Shown here: in pieces, positions 35,901-46,857 of the stretch
Numbering within the stretch: position 1 is the first letter of the stretch
How the letters are laid out: every line of letters begins with the position of its first letter
Origin: Felis catus
Taxonomy: Eukaryota
Direction: 5' to 3'
Assembly (NCBI RefSeq): GCF_018350175.1
Contig: NC_058383.1
Location: 186,001 to 250,000, forward strand
DNA: 64,000 nucleotides
Position numbers and translations under genes: made by a program
Notes under the pieces: model-generated
Databases searched by the model: none
Seen by the model: the letters and a program-made list of their open reading frames with translations, nothing else
Told to the model about the DNA's origin: nothing

Positions 35901-36821
35901 AGACAGGAAACCATCAAAACCTTAGAGGAGAAAGCAGGAAAAGACCTCTCTGACCTCAGCCGTAGCAATCTCTTACTCGACACATCCCCAAAGGCAAGGG
36001 AATTAAAAGCAAAAGTGAATTACTGGGACCTTATGAAGATAAAAAGCTTCTGCACAGCAAAGGAAACAACCAACAAAACTAAAAGGCAACCAACGGAATG
36101 GGAAAAGATATTTGCAAATGACATATCGGACAAAGGGCTAGTATCCAAAATCTATAAAGAGCTCACCAAACTCCACACCCGAAAAACTAATAACCCAGTG
36201 AAGAAATGGGCAGAAAACATGAATAGACACTTCTCTAAAGAAGACATCCGGATGGCCAACAGGCACATGAAAAGATGTTCAGCGTCGCTCCTTATCAGGG
36301 AAATACAAATCAAAACCACACTCAGGTATCACCTCACGCCAGTCAGAGTGGCCAAAATGAACAAATCAGGAGACTATAGATGCTGGAGAGGATGTGGAGA
36401 AACGGGAACCCTCTTGCACTGTTGGTGGGAATGCAAATTGGTGCAGCCGCTCTGGAAAGCAGTGTGGAGGTTCCTCAGAAAATTAAAAATAGACCTACCC
36501 TATGACCCAGCAATAGCACTGCTAGGAATTTACCCAAGGGATACAGGAGTACTGATGCATAGGGCCACTTGTACCCCAATGTTCATAGCAGCACTCTCAA
36601 CAATAGCCAAATTATGGAAAGAGCCTAAATGTCCATCAACTGATGAATGGATAAAGAAATTGTGGTTTATATACACAATGGAATATTACGTGGCAATGAG
36701 AAAAAATGAAATATGGCCTTTTGTAGCAACGTGGATGGAACTGGAGAGTGTGATGCTAAGTGAAATAAGCCATACAGAGAAAGACAGATACCATATGGTT
36801 TCACTCTTATGTGGATCCTGA
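33000..36821 (+). CDS. L1 ORF2p endonuclease/reverse transcriptase, intact (1273 aa from ATG 33000)
   Basis: Uninterrupted ORF. Endonuclease motifs NVNG, LQETH, GDFN, IDH, SDH; RT motifs QGCPLSP, FADD, YLG; C-terminal CWRGC-x7-H-x4-C. Confidence 0.97.
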   Translation: MTLNPYLSIITLNVNGLNAPTKRHRVSEWIKKQDPSICCLQETHFRPEDTFRLRVRGWRTIYHATGSQKKAGVAILISDKLDFKLKAVTRDEEGHYIIVTGSIHQEELTIINVYAPNTGAPKYIKQLLINISNLIDKNVVIAGDFNTPLTEMDRSSRHTVNKETRALKETLDQMDLTDIFRTLHPKATEYTFFSSAHGTFSKIDHILGHKTALHKFTRIEIIPCILSDHNAMKLEINHRKKSGKPPKAWRLKNTLLTNEWVNQAIREEIKKYMETNENENTTIQMLWDAAKAVLRGKYIAIQAYLKKQEKSQIQNLTAHLKELEAEQQRQPKPSRRREIIKIRAEINNIESKKTVEQINETKSWFFEKINKIDKPLARLLKKKREMTQIDKIMNENGIITTNPSEIQTIIKEYYEKLYANKLDNLQEMDKFLNTHTLPKLNQEEIESLNRPITSEEIESVIKNLPTNKSPGPDGFPGEFYQTFKAEIIPILLKLFQEIEREGKLPDSFYEASITLIPKPDRDPVKKENYRPISLMNMDAKILNKILANRIQRHIKRIIHHDQVGFIPGMQGWFNIRKSINVIHHINKKKEKNHIILSIDAEKAFDKIQHPFLIKTLEKVGIEGTYLKIIKAIYEKPTANIILNGEKLRAFSLRSGTRQGCPLSPLLFNIVLEVLASAIRQQKEIKGIKIGKDEVKLSLFADDMILYMENPIDSTKSLLELIHEFSKVAGYKINVQKSVAFLYTNNEATERQIKKLIPFTIAPRSIKYLGINLTKDVKDLYAENYRKLMKEIEEDLKKWKDIPCSWIGKINIVKMSILPKAIYTFNAIPIKIAPAFFSKLEQAILKFIWNHKRPRIAKGILKKPKAGGITIPDFSLYYKAVIIKTAWYWHKNRHIDQWNRIETPELDPQTYGQLIFDKAGKNIQWKKDSLFNKWCWENWTATCRRLKLDHFLTPFTKINSKWIKDLNVRQETIKTLEEKAGKDLSDLSRSNLLLDTSPKARELKAKVNYWDLMKIKSFCTAKETTNKTKRQPTEWEKIFANDISDKGLVSKIYKELTKLHTRKTNNPVKKWAENMNRHFSKEDIRMANRHMKRCSASLLIREIQIKTTLRYHLTPVRVAKMNKSGDYRCWRGCGETGTLLHCWWECKLVQPLWKAVWRFLRKLKIDLPYDPAIALLGIYPRDTGVLMHRATCTPMFIAALSTIAKLWKEPKCPSTDEWIKKLWFIYTMEYYVAMRKNEIWPFVATWMELESVMLSEISHTEKDRYHMVSLLCGS

Positions 36822-37120
36822 GAAACTTAACAGGAACCCATGGGGGAGGGGAAGGAAAAAAAAAAAACAGGTTAGAGTGGGAGAGAGCCAAAGCATAAGA
36901 GACTGTTAAAAACTGAGAACAAACTGAGGGTTGATGGGGGGTGGGAGGGAGGAGAGGGTGGGTGATGGGTATTGAGGAGGGCACCTTTTGGGATGAGCAC
37001 TGGGTGTTGTATGGAAACCAATTTGTCAATAAATTTCATATAAAAAAAACAAAAAAAAAACAAAAATAAATAAACATTAAAAAAAATTTTTTTTAAATAA
37101 AAAAAAAAAAAAGTAAGATG

Positions 37121-37186
37121 GGGGCGCCTGGGTGGCTTAGTCGGTTGAACGTCCGACTTCGGCTCAGGTCATGATCTCACAGTCCA
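37121..37186 (+). mobile_element. SINE head (3' part missing) abutting the L1 TSD
   Basis: ggggcgcctgggtggcttagtcggttgaacgtccgacttcggctcaggtcatgatctcacagtcc, then an abrupt switch to old L1 ORF2. Confidence 0.9.
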
Positions 37187-37570
37187 ATAACTGCTAGAAC
37201 TGATAAATGAATTCAGCAATGTCACAGGATACAAAATCATTGTACAGAAATCTGTTGCATTTCTAAACAATGAAGCAGTAGAAAGAGAAATGAAGAAAAC
37301 AGTCCCATTTACAGTTGTACACCAAATAATAAGGTATCTACGAATAAATCTAACCAAAGTGGTGAGCGACCTATACTCTGAAAACTGTAAAACAGTGATA
37401 AAAGAAATGAAGGATATTCCATACTCATGGATCAGAAGTACAAATTTCATGAAAATGTCTACACTTCCCAAAGCAACTGACACAATTAATGCAATGGCCA
37501 TCAAAATAGCAACAACATTTTTCATGAAACTAGAACAGTCCTAAAATTTGTACGGAACCATAAAGACCAC
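37187..37570 (+). mobile_element. Old L1 ORF2 fragment
   Basis: ctgctagaactgataaatgaattcagc...; ORF 37290..37544 RYLRINLTKVVSDLYSENCK. Confidence 0.85.
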
Positions 37571-37589
37571 GGGCTTCAGAGTAAACAAC

Positions 37590-38030
37590 ATTTATGTGAA
37601 GTGATAATTATGGATGGCATTATGCCTCTGGATCTTCTCCAAAACACGGTAACTCTGGCCTAAGCATTTGAACAAATGGTAGACATATCCCAACCAGGGA
37701 TCATTCTACAAAATACATTCTACAGATGTACCCTCAAAACTTTGCAGATTATGAAAAATATGGAAAAATCTAAACATCGTCATGGTCAAGTGGAGCCTAA
37801 GGAGACAGGATGACTGTAATGTGCCAGCTGGGATGAGTCTGGGACAGAAGAGGTTAAAACCGAACCAATCTAAATACAAATATAAACTTTAGTTAATACT
37901 ACCATATCTCTTCGGGATATTGATTGTGATCATGTATCAACTCATAAGACATCAATAGTCAGAAAACAGTCTGATGTATGTGGAGACTCAATAATGTCTT
38001 CCCAATTTTTCTGGTAACTAGAAACCCATC
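37590..38030 (+). mobile_element. Ancient L1MC/L1MD-like 3' end
   Basis: Motifs cattctacaaaatac, ctcaaaact, ggagcctaaggagacaggatgact resemble old L1M 3'UTRs. Confidence 0.55.
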
Positions 38031-38989
38031 ACGAATGAACAGATTATTAGTAATCATGGTTTTATGTTTTCAACACATAATATATGACTAGTTCTAGTAT
38101 TAGTTACTAGTGATGGCCATGTACCTATTCTTGTTCTTACTATTGTGTAATTTAAATATCATTCATGGTACAGAAAACTGAATGCATGATATACACTTCA
38201 TAGAAACATCTACTTGACATATTTTAAGATAACGTATGTATATACCACTGTATTACGTGGTATGTAAATTAAGTGTTTTTTCTGATCTTGAACAAGCATG
38301 TCATTGAATGGCTTTCCATAAAGGTGGTTATCCTAGGTAATGAATGATACCCAGATTTTACAGGATGTACTTCACATCATGCCTGAACATTGTCAAAAAA
38401 AAAAAAAAAAAAAAAAGTACACACCGCCAGATGGATCATTGGGACTGGCTCACTTATTGTAAAGAATCCTTGCTTTAATATTTTCATGCATATTTTTAGC
38501 AGGAATACAAGAGAATGGAATATTTCCAAATCAAAGACTGGAAGAATGATACGGAGTTCAAAGGGTTTCAGAAGGAAAAGATGTGACCATGAAGTGGCAG
38601 TCACAGGCAAGCAGCTTTCTCTGGTCCACTTTGACAGGTTTTCAGGAGGGGACGTCCATCACAGCATGTGATCTACAAAAGGGTAAGACCCAGAAGTACC
38701 AGAGGGAAAGACAACGCTTTAGGAAGAGGTGACTTGGAAAGGGTGCTTCTGTGCATAAGTGATGGCTCAGGAACCTGGCTGGGGGTCCCTGGGTCAAAGA
38801 TTTAAGAAGGCCAGCAATAACCCAGACTCACAAAGATCTTAGAGCCACAGAGTTGATCTTCATCTATGATTAGGAGATGGTCACAGTTTTACAGGATATG
38901 ATCATCGGGCCGGCAGTAGATGGCTAAAATATTATTTAGGGCTATATTTTAATTTAAAAAAATGGATGTGTAAACATTTGGGTTTGGAA

Positions 38990-39190
38990 TGTTAAGAAAA
39001 ATCACAGGCCCATCATGGAGTTACTTATGCTAAGGCCCCATGTCACTAAACCTAATTTCATTCCTGCAGGAATGTAACCTTTAACCAGTCAGCAAAGAAT
39101 TTCCTAGTCAGTGCTGGAAATTTAACTGATAGACCACTGCCATTCCCCTCAGGGAGGAAATCTTGCCTAAATAAGATATTCCATGCCACT
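38990..39190 (+). mobile_element. Probable ERV LTR 5' fragment
   Basis: Begins TGTT; atggagttacttatgctaagg and ttaaccagtcagc...aatttcctagtcag resemble carnivore ERV1 LTR U3. Confidence 0.45.
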
Positions 39191-39192
39191 AA

Positions 39193-39334
39193 ATTTGTTT
39201 TAAGTTTATTTTGCAAGAGACAGCACATGCAAGGGAGGGGCAGGAATAGAGGGAGAAAGAATTCCACAACAACGAGGTCATGATCTGAGCCAGGATCAAG
39301 ACTCGGACACTTAACCAAGCCATCCAGACACCCC
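39193..39334 (-). mobile_element. CAN-SINE, internally deleted
   Basis: gaggtcatgatctgagccaggatcaagactcggacacttaacc...agacacccc. Confidence 0.8.
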
Positions 39335-42300
39335 GAGAATGTGGAGTTTCAAAATTTAGCAGGCTTGGCTGGGATATAGCCCTAGGAGCACTGGCCTACT
39401 CCTTGAGAGAAGGCAGCAAATTACTTGCAGGCAGATGGCATGGAAACAGTGATCTGTACATTTCCTGGTGTACACAGTGGAGAGATTATACACTGATCAT
39501 GGAGAGCATCCCTGAGAGGCAGTGTTCACAACAAGGGGACAAAGGAGCTAGGACAGAGGAGCTGGGTGGCGCCATTTTCCTCCTCTTCCCCACAGCATAA
39601 ACAGAGCCATCTGCTGGAAACAGTTCCATCCCCACACTGGCTGCGTAAGCTGCTTACACCAACCCCACATTCCTGTGCTCTGGTGAGACTGGCCTTCTAG
39701 GTCAATCAGGCTTGCCTCAGTCCCAATGGAGGTGTCCCCTTCTGGTTCACCAGAAGCCCATGACCACACCACCTCTCTTGATTAGACAGTTCCGCAGGGC
39801 TTCACTTTGAGTGGCAGTCGTTTCAAGTCTCATTTAACGAGCAGATGGGAGCAGACCTAGATAAAACTCAGCACATTCTGGCCAAGGACCATACATTGCC
39901 CATACAACTGGCCTGAAGAATAGTGCAGCAAGGACACAAAACAATGCATGCAACACACACCACAGACACTCCCTGATGTGCCAGGCCCTGGACACTAGAT
40001 GACTTCCTCTTCATAAAGCCATTCATCTCACAGGCAGGTAACACAATGAGCTTTGGTAACACAGAGAAGCAAATAGCCAAAATTCCAAGACAAGAGGAAT
40101 GCATCCCAAATGAAAGAACAAGATAAGGTCATAACCAGAGAAATGGAAGGAACACTTCCAAACTCATTCTATGAGGCCAGCACGGCCTTGAGTCCAAACT
40201 GGACAAAGACCCCACCAAAAAGGAAAACTACAGACCAATTTCCCTGATGAACCTGAATGTAAAAATTCTCAACAAAAAACAGCAAACCGGATCCAACAAT
40301 ACATACAAATAATTATTCACCATAATGAATTGGATTTATTCCTGGGATGCACAACCGATTCAATATCTGCAAATCAACTGATGTGACACATCACATTGAT
40401 AAAAGAAAGGATAACAACCACATGATCCTCTCAACAGATGCAGAAAAAGCATTTGACAAAATGCAGCATCCTTTCTTGATGAAAAAAAAGCACTCATGAA
40501 AGGAGGGATAGAGAGATCTTGCCTCAATATCAGTATGTCCAGATACAAAAGTCCCACAGCTAATGTCATCTTCAATGGGGAAAAACTGAGAGCTTTCCCC
40601 CTAAGGTCAGGAACACGACTGGGATGTCCTCTCTCACCACTGTTACTCAACATACTGTTGGAAGTCCTAGCCTCAGCAATCAGACAACAAAAAGAAATAC
40701 AAGGTGTCCAAATTGGCAAGAAGGAGTCAAAGTTCCCCTCTTCGCAGACATGATACTTTCTATGGAAATCCAAAGACTCCATGGAAAAACTCTTAGGACT
40801 GATACAGGAATTCAGGAAAGTCTCAGGATATAAAATCAATATACAGAAATTGATTGTATTTCTATATACCAATAATCAGAGAGAAATCTAGGATTGATAT
40901 ACTTTACAACTGCACTGAAGAACATAAAATACCCAGGGATAAACCTAAACCAAAGAGGTAAAAGATCAGTACACTTAAAACAACAGATGGAAGCCTGGGT
41001 TGCTCAGTCAGTTAAGCGCTGACTTCAGCTCAGGTCATGATCCCTCACTTGTGGGTTCAAGTCCCGCTATGGGCTCTGTGCTGGAAGCTCAGAGCCTGGA
41101 GCCTGCTTCCGAGTATGTGTCTCTCTGTCTCTCTGCCCCTCCCCTGCTCATGCGCTCTCTCTTTCTCTCTGTCTCTCTGTCTCAAAAATAAACATTAATA
41201 AAAGAACAAACCATACAACATCTACGAAAGAAACTGAAGAAATACAAAGAAATGGAAAAACATTCCATGCGCATGGATTAGAAGAACAAATATTGTTAAA
41301 ATATCAATACTATCCAAAGCAATCGACACATTCAATGCAATCCTTACCAAAATAACAACAGCATTATTTGTAGGGAGCCAGAAAAGACCCCAAATAGCCA
41401 AAGTCATGTTGAAAAAGAAAACAAAGCTGGAGACATTACAATTCTGGACTTTATGGTGTATTAGAAAGCCACAATCATCAAGACAGTATGGTACAGGCAC
41501 AAAAACGGACACAGACATCATTGGAACAGAATAGGGAACCCAGAAATGGGCCCTCAAACATATGGCTGAGTAATCTTTGATAACGCAGGAAAGAATATCC
41601 AATGGGAAAACAAAAGTCTCTTCAGCAAATGGTACTGGGAAAACTGGACAGTGAGAAGAATGAACCTGGACTATGTTCTTAAACCACACACACACATACA
41701 CACACACCTCAAAATGGATGAAAGATCTAAATGTAAGAAAGGAACCATCAAAATCCTAGAGGAGAAAAGAGGCAATCTACCTCCTTGATCCTGGCCACAG
41801 CAACTTCTTGCTTGTCATGTCTCTGAAGCAAGGGCAATAAAAACCAAAATGAACTATTGAGACATCAAGATAAAAAGCTCTGCACAGCAGAGGACACAAT
41901 CAGCAAAACTAACAGGCAACTGAATGAAATGGGAGAAGATATTTGCAGGTGACATATCAGATAAAGGGTTAGTATCCAAAATCTATAAAAAATTATCACA
42001 CTGAACACCCAAAAACCAAATAATCCAGTGAAGAAATGGGCAAAAGACATGAACAGACACTTTAACAAAGATGACATCCAGAATGGTCACACATGAAAAG
42101 ATGCTCAATCTCACTCATCATCACTGAAATACACATTGAAACCACAATGAGATATCCCCTCACACCTATCAGAATGGCTAAAATTAACATCTCAGGAAAG
42201 GACAGATGTTGGCAAGGATGCAGGGAAAGGGAATGTTTTTGAAATGCTGATGGGATGCAAAGTGGTGTAGCCACTCTGGGAAATAGTATGGAGATTCGTC

Positions 42301-42930
42301 AAAAAACTAAAAATAGAACTACACTAGGACCCAGCAATTGCACTACTAGGTATTTATCCAAAGGATACACTAATGCTGACTCGAAGTGGCACATGCACTC
42401 CAATGTTTATAGCAGCATTATCAACAATAGCTAAATTATGCAAAGAGCCCAAATGTCCATTGATAGATGAATGGATAAAGAAGATGTGGTATATTCATAC
42501 AATGGAATATTACTCGGCGATCAAAAACAATGAAATCTTGCTATTTGCAACAACGTGAATGGAACCTTACTTTATTATGCTAAGCAAAATATGTCAGAGA
42601 AAGACACATGTCATATGATTTCTCTCTTCTGTGGAATTTAATACAACTGATGAACGTAGTGAAAGGAAAACAAAAATAAGATACAGAGAGGGATTCAAAC
42701 GATCTAAGAGACTCTTAAATACAGAGAAGAAACTCAGGGTTTCAGGAGGGTTACTGAATAGGGGTATGGGCTAAATGGGTGATGGGCATTACGGGCAGCA
42801 CTTGGGATGAGTATTTGGGTATATTTTGTACTTGACGGATCACTAAATTCTACTGCTGAAACTGTATTCGACTATAAGGTAACTAACTTGGGCTTAAATT
42901 TAAAAAAGAAGAAATATTAAAAAGAAGTAA
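39335..42930 (+). mobile_element. Decayed L1: 5'UTR/ORF1 start joined at ~40140 to the ORF2 3' two-thirds and 3'UTR
   Basis: cccaaatgaaagaacaagataagg (ORF1 start) then aaatggaaggaacacttccaaactcattctatg (ORF2). ORF pieces [21 protein letters not shown] and [16 protein letters not shown]-rich tail at ~42900-42930. Confidence 0.85.
40989..41205 (+). mobile_element. CAN-SINE in L1
   Basis: gcctgggttgctcagtcagttaagc...(CT)n...caaaaataaacatt. Confidence 0.9.
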
Positions 42931-43334
42931 AGAAATGTACTACCGGTCAAAAGAAAGGAATATTTAAATCGGGCTCTTTGAGTGGAAGTGAAAGACTAAA
43001 AGTGTTACAGACAAGAAAGGATCAGAGAAAACATCAAGAAACAATGGCAAAACAACTAGTAGAATGGCACTCAATATATACCTATCAATAATCACTCTGA
43101 ATGTTCGTGGACTAAATGCTCCAATAAAAAGACATTGGATAGGGTGTCAAAATGGACAAAACAAACAAACAAAAACAACATCTATCTAGATGCTGCCTAC
43201 AAAGCCTTATTTGGACTTAAGTCACCTGCACATTTAAAGAGAGGGAATGAAGAAACATTTATGCCAATAATGTCAAAAGAAAACCAGTAGCAATACTTAT
43301 ATCAGGAAAAATAAACTTTAAAACCAGGCTCTAT

Positions 43335-43972
43335 TTTGGTACCCTTTGGGTAAATACCTAATAGTGACATCGCATGCACCCAGTATTTATAGCAGCATTA
43401 ACAGTAGCCAAACTATGGAAAAGCCCAAGTATCCATCAATAGATGAAGGTATAAAGTTGTGGTGTGTGTGTGTGTGTGTGCGCGTGTGTATACATATGTA
43501 TACGCATATCTATGTTCATATATACATATATACGTATATACAATGAAATATAACTCAGCTTCAAGAAGAATGAAATCTTGCCATTGGCAACAATGTGGAT
43601 AGAGCTAGGATGTATTATGCTAAGTGAAATATGTCAATCAGAGAAAGACAAATATATGATTTCACTCATGTGGAATGTAAGAAACAAAACAGATGAAAAC
43701 ATCGGAAGGGGGCAGGAAAAGAGAAGAGTGGTAACAAACCACATGAGTCTCCTAATGTTAGAGGAAAAAAAAGTGAAAGTTGATGGAGGGAGATGGGTCA
43801 GAGCTGGGCTAGATGTGGGACGAGTATTAAGGAGAGCGCTTGTTGTGATGAGCACTGGGTGTTGTATGTAAGGGATGAATCACCGAATTCTACTCTCGAA
43901 TCCGAGAATGCACTGTATGTCAACTAAGACTTAAATATAAATAAATAAATAAATAAATCAATAAATAAATAA
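43335..43972 (+). mobile_element. 5'-truncated, 5'-inverted L1 nested in L1; contains (TG)n/(TA)n and a (TAAA)n tail
   Basis: 43336-43367 is antisense L1 (ccctttgggtaaatacctaatagtg), followed by sense catgcacccagtatttatagcagc. Host ORF2 resumes at ataataagagatgaag. Confidence 0.75.
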
Positions 43973-45263
43973 AGCTATAATAAGAGATGAAGACGGACAC
44001 TATCTCATACTAAAGGGGACGGCCAAACAAGAACATCCAATCATTGTAAATTTTGATGCACCCAACATGCGATCACCAAGTACATAATACATTTAACAAC
44101 AACCATAAAGGAACTCATTTATAATAATATAACGATAGTAGAGGACTTTAACACATCAGTCACATCAATGGACAGAACCTGTAAACAGAAAATCAACAAG
44201 GAAACAATGGCTTAGAATGACACACTGGACCAGACAGGTTTAACAGATATATTCAGCACACTCCATACTAAAAAGGCAGAGTACACATTCTTTTAAAGTG
44301 CACATGGGGCATTCTCCAGAATTGATCACATTCTAGCTCACAAATCAGGCTTCAAGAGGTACCCAAAGACAGAGATCAGACCAAGCATCTTTTCTGACCA
44401 CAAAGCTAGGAAACTTGAAGTCCACCACAAAAAAGCGGGGGGGGGGGGGGGGAAGGGGGGAAAGGCCACAAATAAAGGGAGGTTAAATAACATGCTACTA
44501 AATGAATGAGCCAAACAGGAAATCACTGAGAAAATACACTGAAACAAATGAAAATGAAAATACACTGGTAAAAACCTTTGGAATGAGACAAAAGCAGTCT
44601 ACAATGGAAGTATATAGCACTACAAGCCTACCTTAAAGAGCAAGAAAAATCTCAAACAATCCTAACTTACAACTAAAGGAATGAGAAGAACAGCAGAAGG
44701 AAGGAAATAATAGAGATTAAGGCAGAAATAAGGAATATAGAAACCAAAAAGACACTAGACCAAATCAATGAAACCAGGGGCTGGTTCTTAGCAAGCAGTA
44801 ATCAACTTGAAAACCTCCTAGGCAGACTTTTCACAAAGAAGAGAGAAAGGACTCAAGTAAATAAAATCACAAGAAAGGAGAAATAAGAGTCAACACCACA
44901 AAAATATAATTAGAAGATAATACTATGAAAAACTATATGCAACAAATTGGACACTCTGAGAAAAAAGGACAAATTCCTAGAAACACACAAACTACCAAAA
45001 CTGAAACAGGAAGATACATAAAATCTGAAAACAGAAAGAAATCAAATCAGTAATTAAAAAAATCTCCCCCCAAACACAAGAGTTCAGGGCTAGATGGCTT
45101 CACTCATGAATTCTACCATCCATTTAAAGAAGAGGTAATATGTATTCTCCTTGAATTATTACAAAAAATAAAAAAGAAGGAAAACGTACAAATTCATCTT
45201 ACGAGGCCATCATTACCCTGATACCAAAACCAGATAAAGCCTCTACTAAAACTTAAAGCTGCA

Positions 45264-45483
45264 GCGGCACCTGTGTGGCTCAGGTGGTTTACTGTCCAAC
45301 TCTTAATTTCAGAATAGGACATTATCTTGTGGTGCGTGGGTTCCAGTCCCACATTGGACCTGCCATGACAGTGTGGGGCATGGCCAGGATTCTCTCTCTC
45401 CCTGTCTCTCTGCCCCTACCTCACTTTTATGTACTCTAAGTAAAGAAATAAACATTTAAAAAAATGTTAAAAAATTTTTTAAT
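45264..45483 (+). mobile_element. Older CAN-SINE
   Basis: gcggcacctgtgtggctcag head; flanks aaagctgca / aaaactgca. Confidence 0.85.
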
Positions 45484-46697
45484 AAAACTGCAGACCAATA
45501 GCCTGATGAGTATGTATGCACAAATTCTCATTAAAATACCTTCAAATTAAAGTCAACAATACATTAGTAGAATCATTTACCATAATCAAGAGGGATATAT
45601 TCCTGGGCTGCAAGGGTGGTTCCACATTCACAAATCAACATAATGCACCACAGTAGTAGAAGAAAGGATATGAACAATATGATGCTTTCAACAGATACAG
45701 GAAAACCATCTGACAAAATGTCACATCCATTCATGATAAAAACCCTCAGCAAAGTACATTGATACTCAACCTACCTGCAAATAATAAAGGTCATCTAGGA
45801 AAAACCCACAACTAATCTCATCCTCAATGGGGAAAAATTGAAAGTTTTTCCTCCAAGGTCAGGGACAAGACAGGGATGACCCCTCTCACCACTGTTATTC
45901 CACATAGTACGGCAAACCCTCGCCACAGCCATCAGACAACAAAAAGAAATAAGAGACATCCAAATCGGCAAGGAAGAAGTAGCACTTTCCCTGTTTGGAA
46001 CTGACATGATGTGTTCTATAAAAAACATGAAAGACTCCCTTAACAATTGCTAGAATTGATATATGAATTTGACAAGTCACAATATTCAGAAATCAATGTA
46101 CATAAATGTATTGCATTTCTATACACGAATCATGAATTAACACAGAGAGAAAGTAAGGGATCAATCCCATTGACAGGTTCACAAATACCACAAGATACCA
46201 GGAATATACCTAACCAAAGAGGTGAAAGACCTATACTCTAAAGGCTATGAAACACTGATGAAAGAAATGGAAGAGGACACAAAGAAAAGGAAATACATTT
46301 CATGTTCATGGATGGGAAGAACAAAACACTGTTAAAATGTCTACGCTCCTCAAAACAATCTGCACATGTAATGAAATACCTATCACACTAACAAAAACAT
46401 TTGTCAAAGAACTAGAACAAATAATCCCAAAATTTGTATGGAAAGACAAAGACCCCAAACAGCCAAAACAAACTTGAAGAAGAAAACTAAAGCTGCAGAC
46501 ATCACACTTCCAGACTTTAGGTTATATTACAAAGCTGTACTGAATATAACAGTATGGTACCAGCAAACAAAAACAACAAAAATACAGACGCAGACATCAA
46601 TAGAATGGAAACCCAGAAATGAATTCACACCTATATGGTCAATTAATTCTCAACACAGCAGGAAAGTATATCCAATGGAATAAAAAAAGATAGTCTT

Positions 46698-46857
46698 GGG
46701 ACACATCGGTGGCTCCAAAGCATGTGATTGTGGATTCAGCTCAGATAATGATCTCAGGGCAGTGCAGAGCATGCGTGGGATTCTCTCTCTCCATTTCTCT
46801 CTGCCCCTCTTCTGCATGCTCTCTCTCTCTCAAAAATAAATACATAAACTTTAAAAA
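46698..46857 (+). mobile_element. Degenerate CAN-SINE
   Basis: ggtggctcc...gggattctctctctcc...ctctcaaaaataaatacataaac. Confidence 0.75.

Larger units (their letters stand above)
30921..37108 (+). mobile_element. Very young full-length L1 (felid type), ~6.2 kb
   Basis: CpG-rich 5'UTR starting ggggagaagcggcaagatggcgg, then ORF1, ORF2, a G-rich 3'UTR and an A-tail. Perfect TSD AAAAGTAAGATG(GGGG) at 30909-30924 / 37109-37124. Confidence 0.98.

Noticed and set aside
38500..38610. Further exon of the MIA3-like fragment after ttttagcag
   Set aside because: No frame gives convincing similarity, and there is no canonical GT donor at the expected place.
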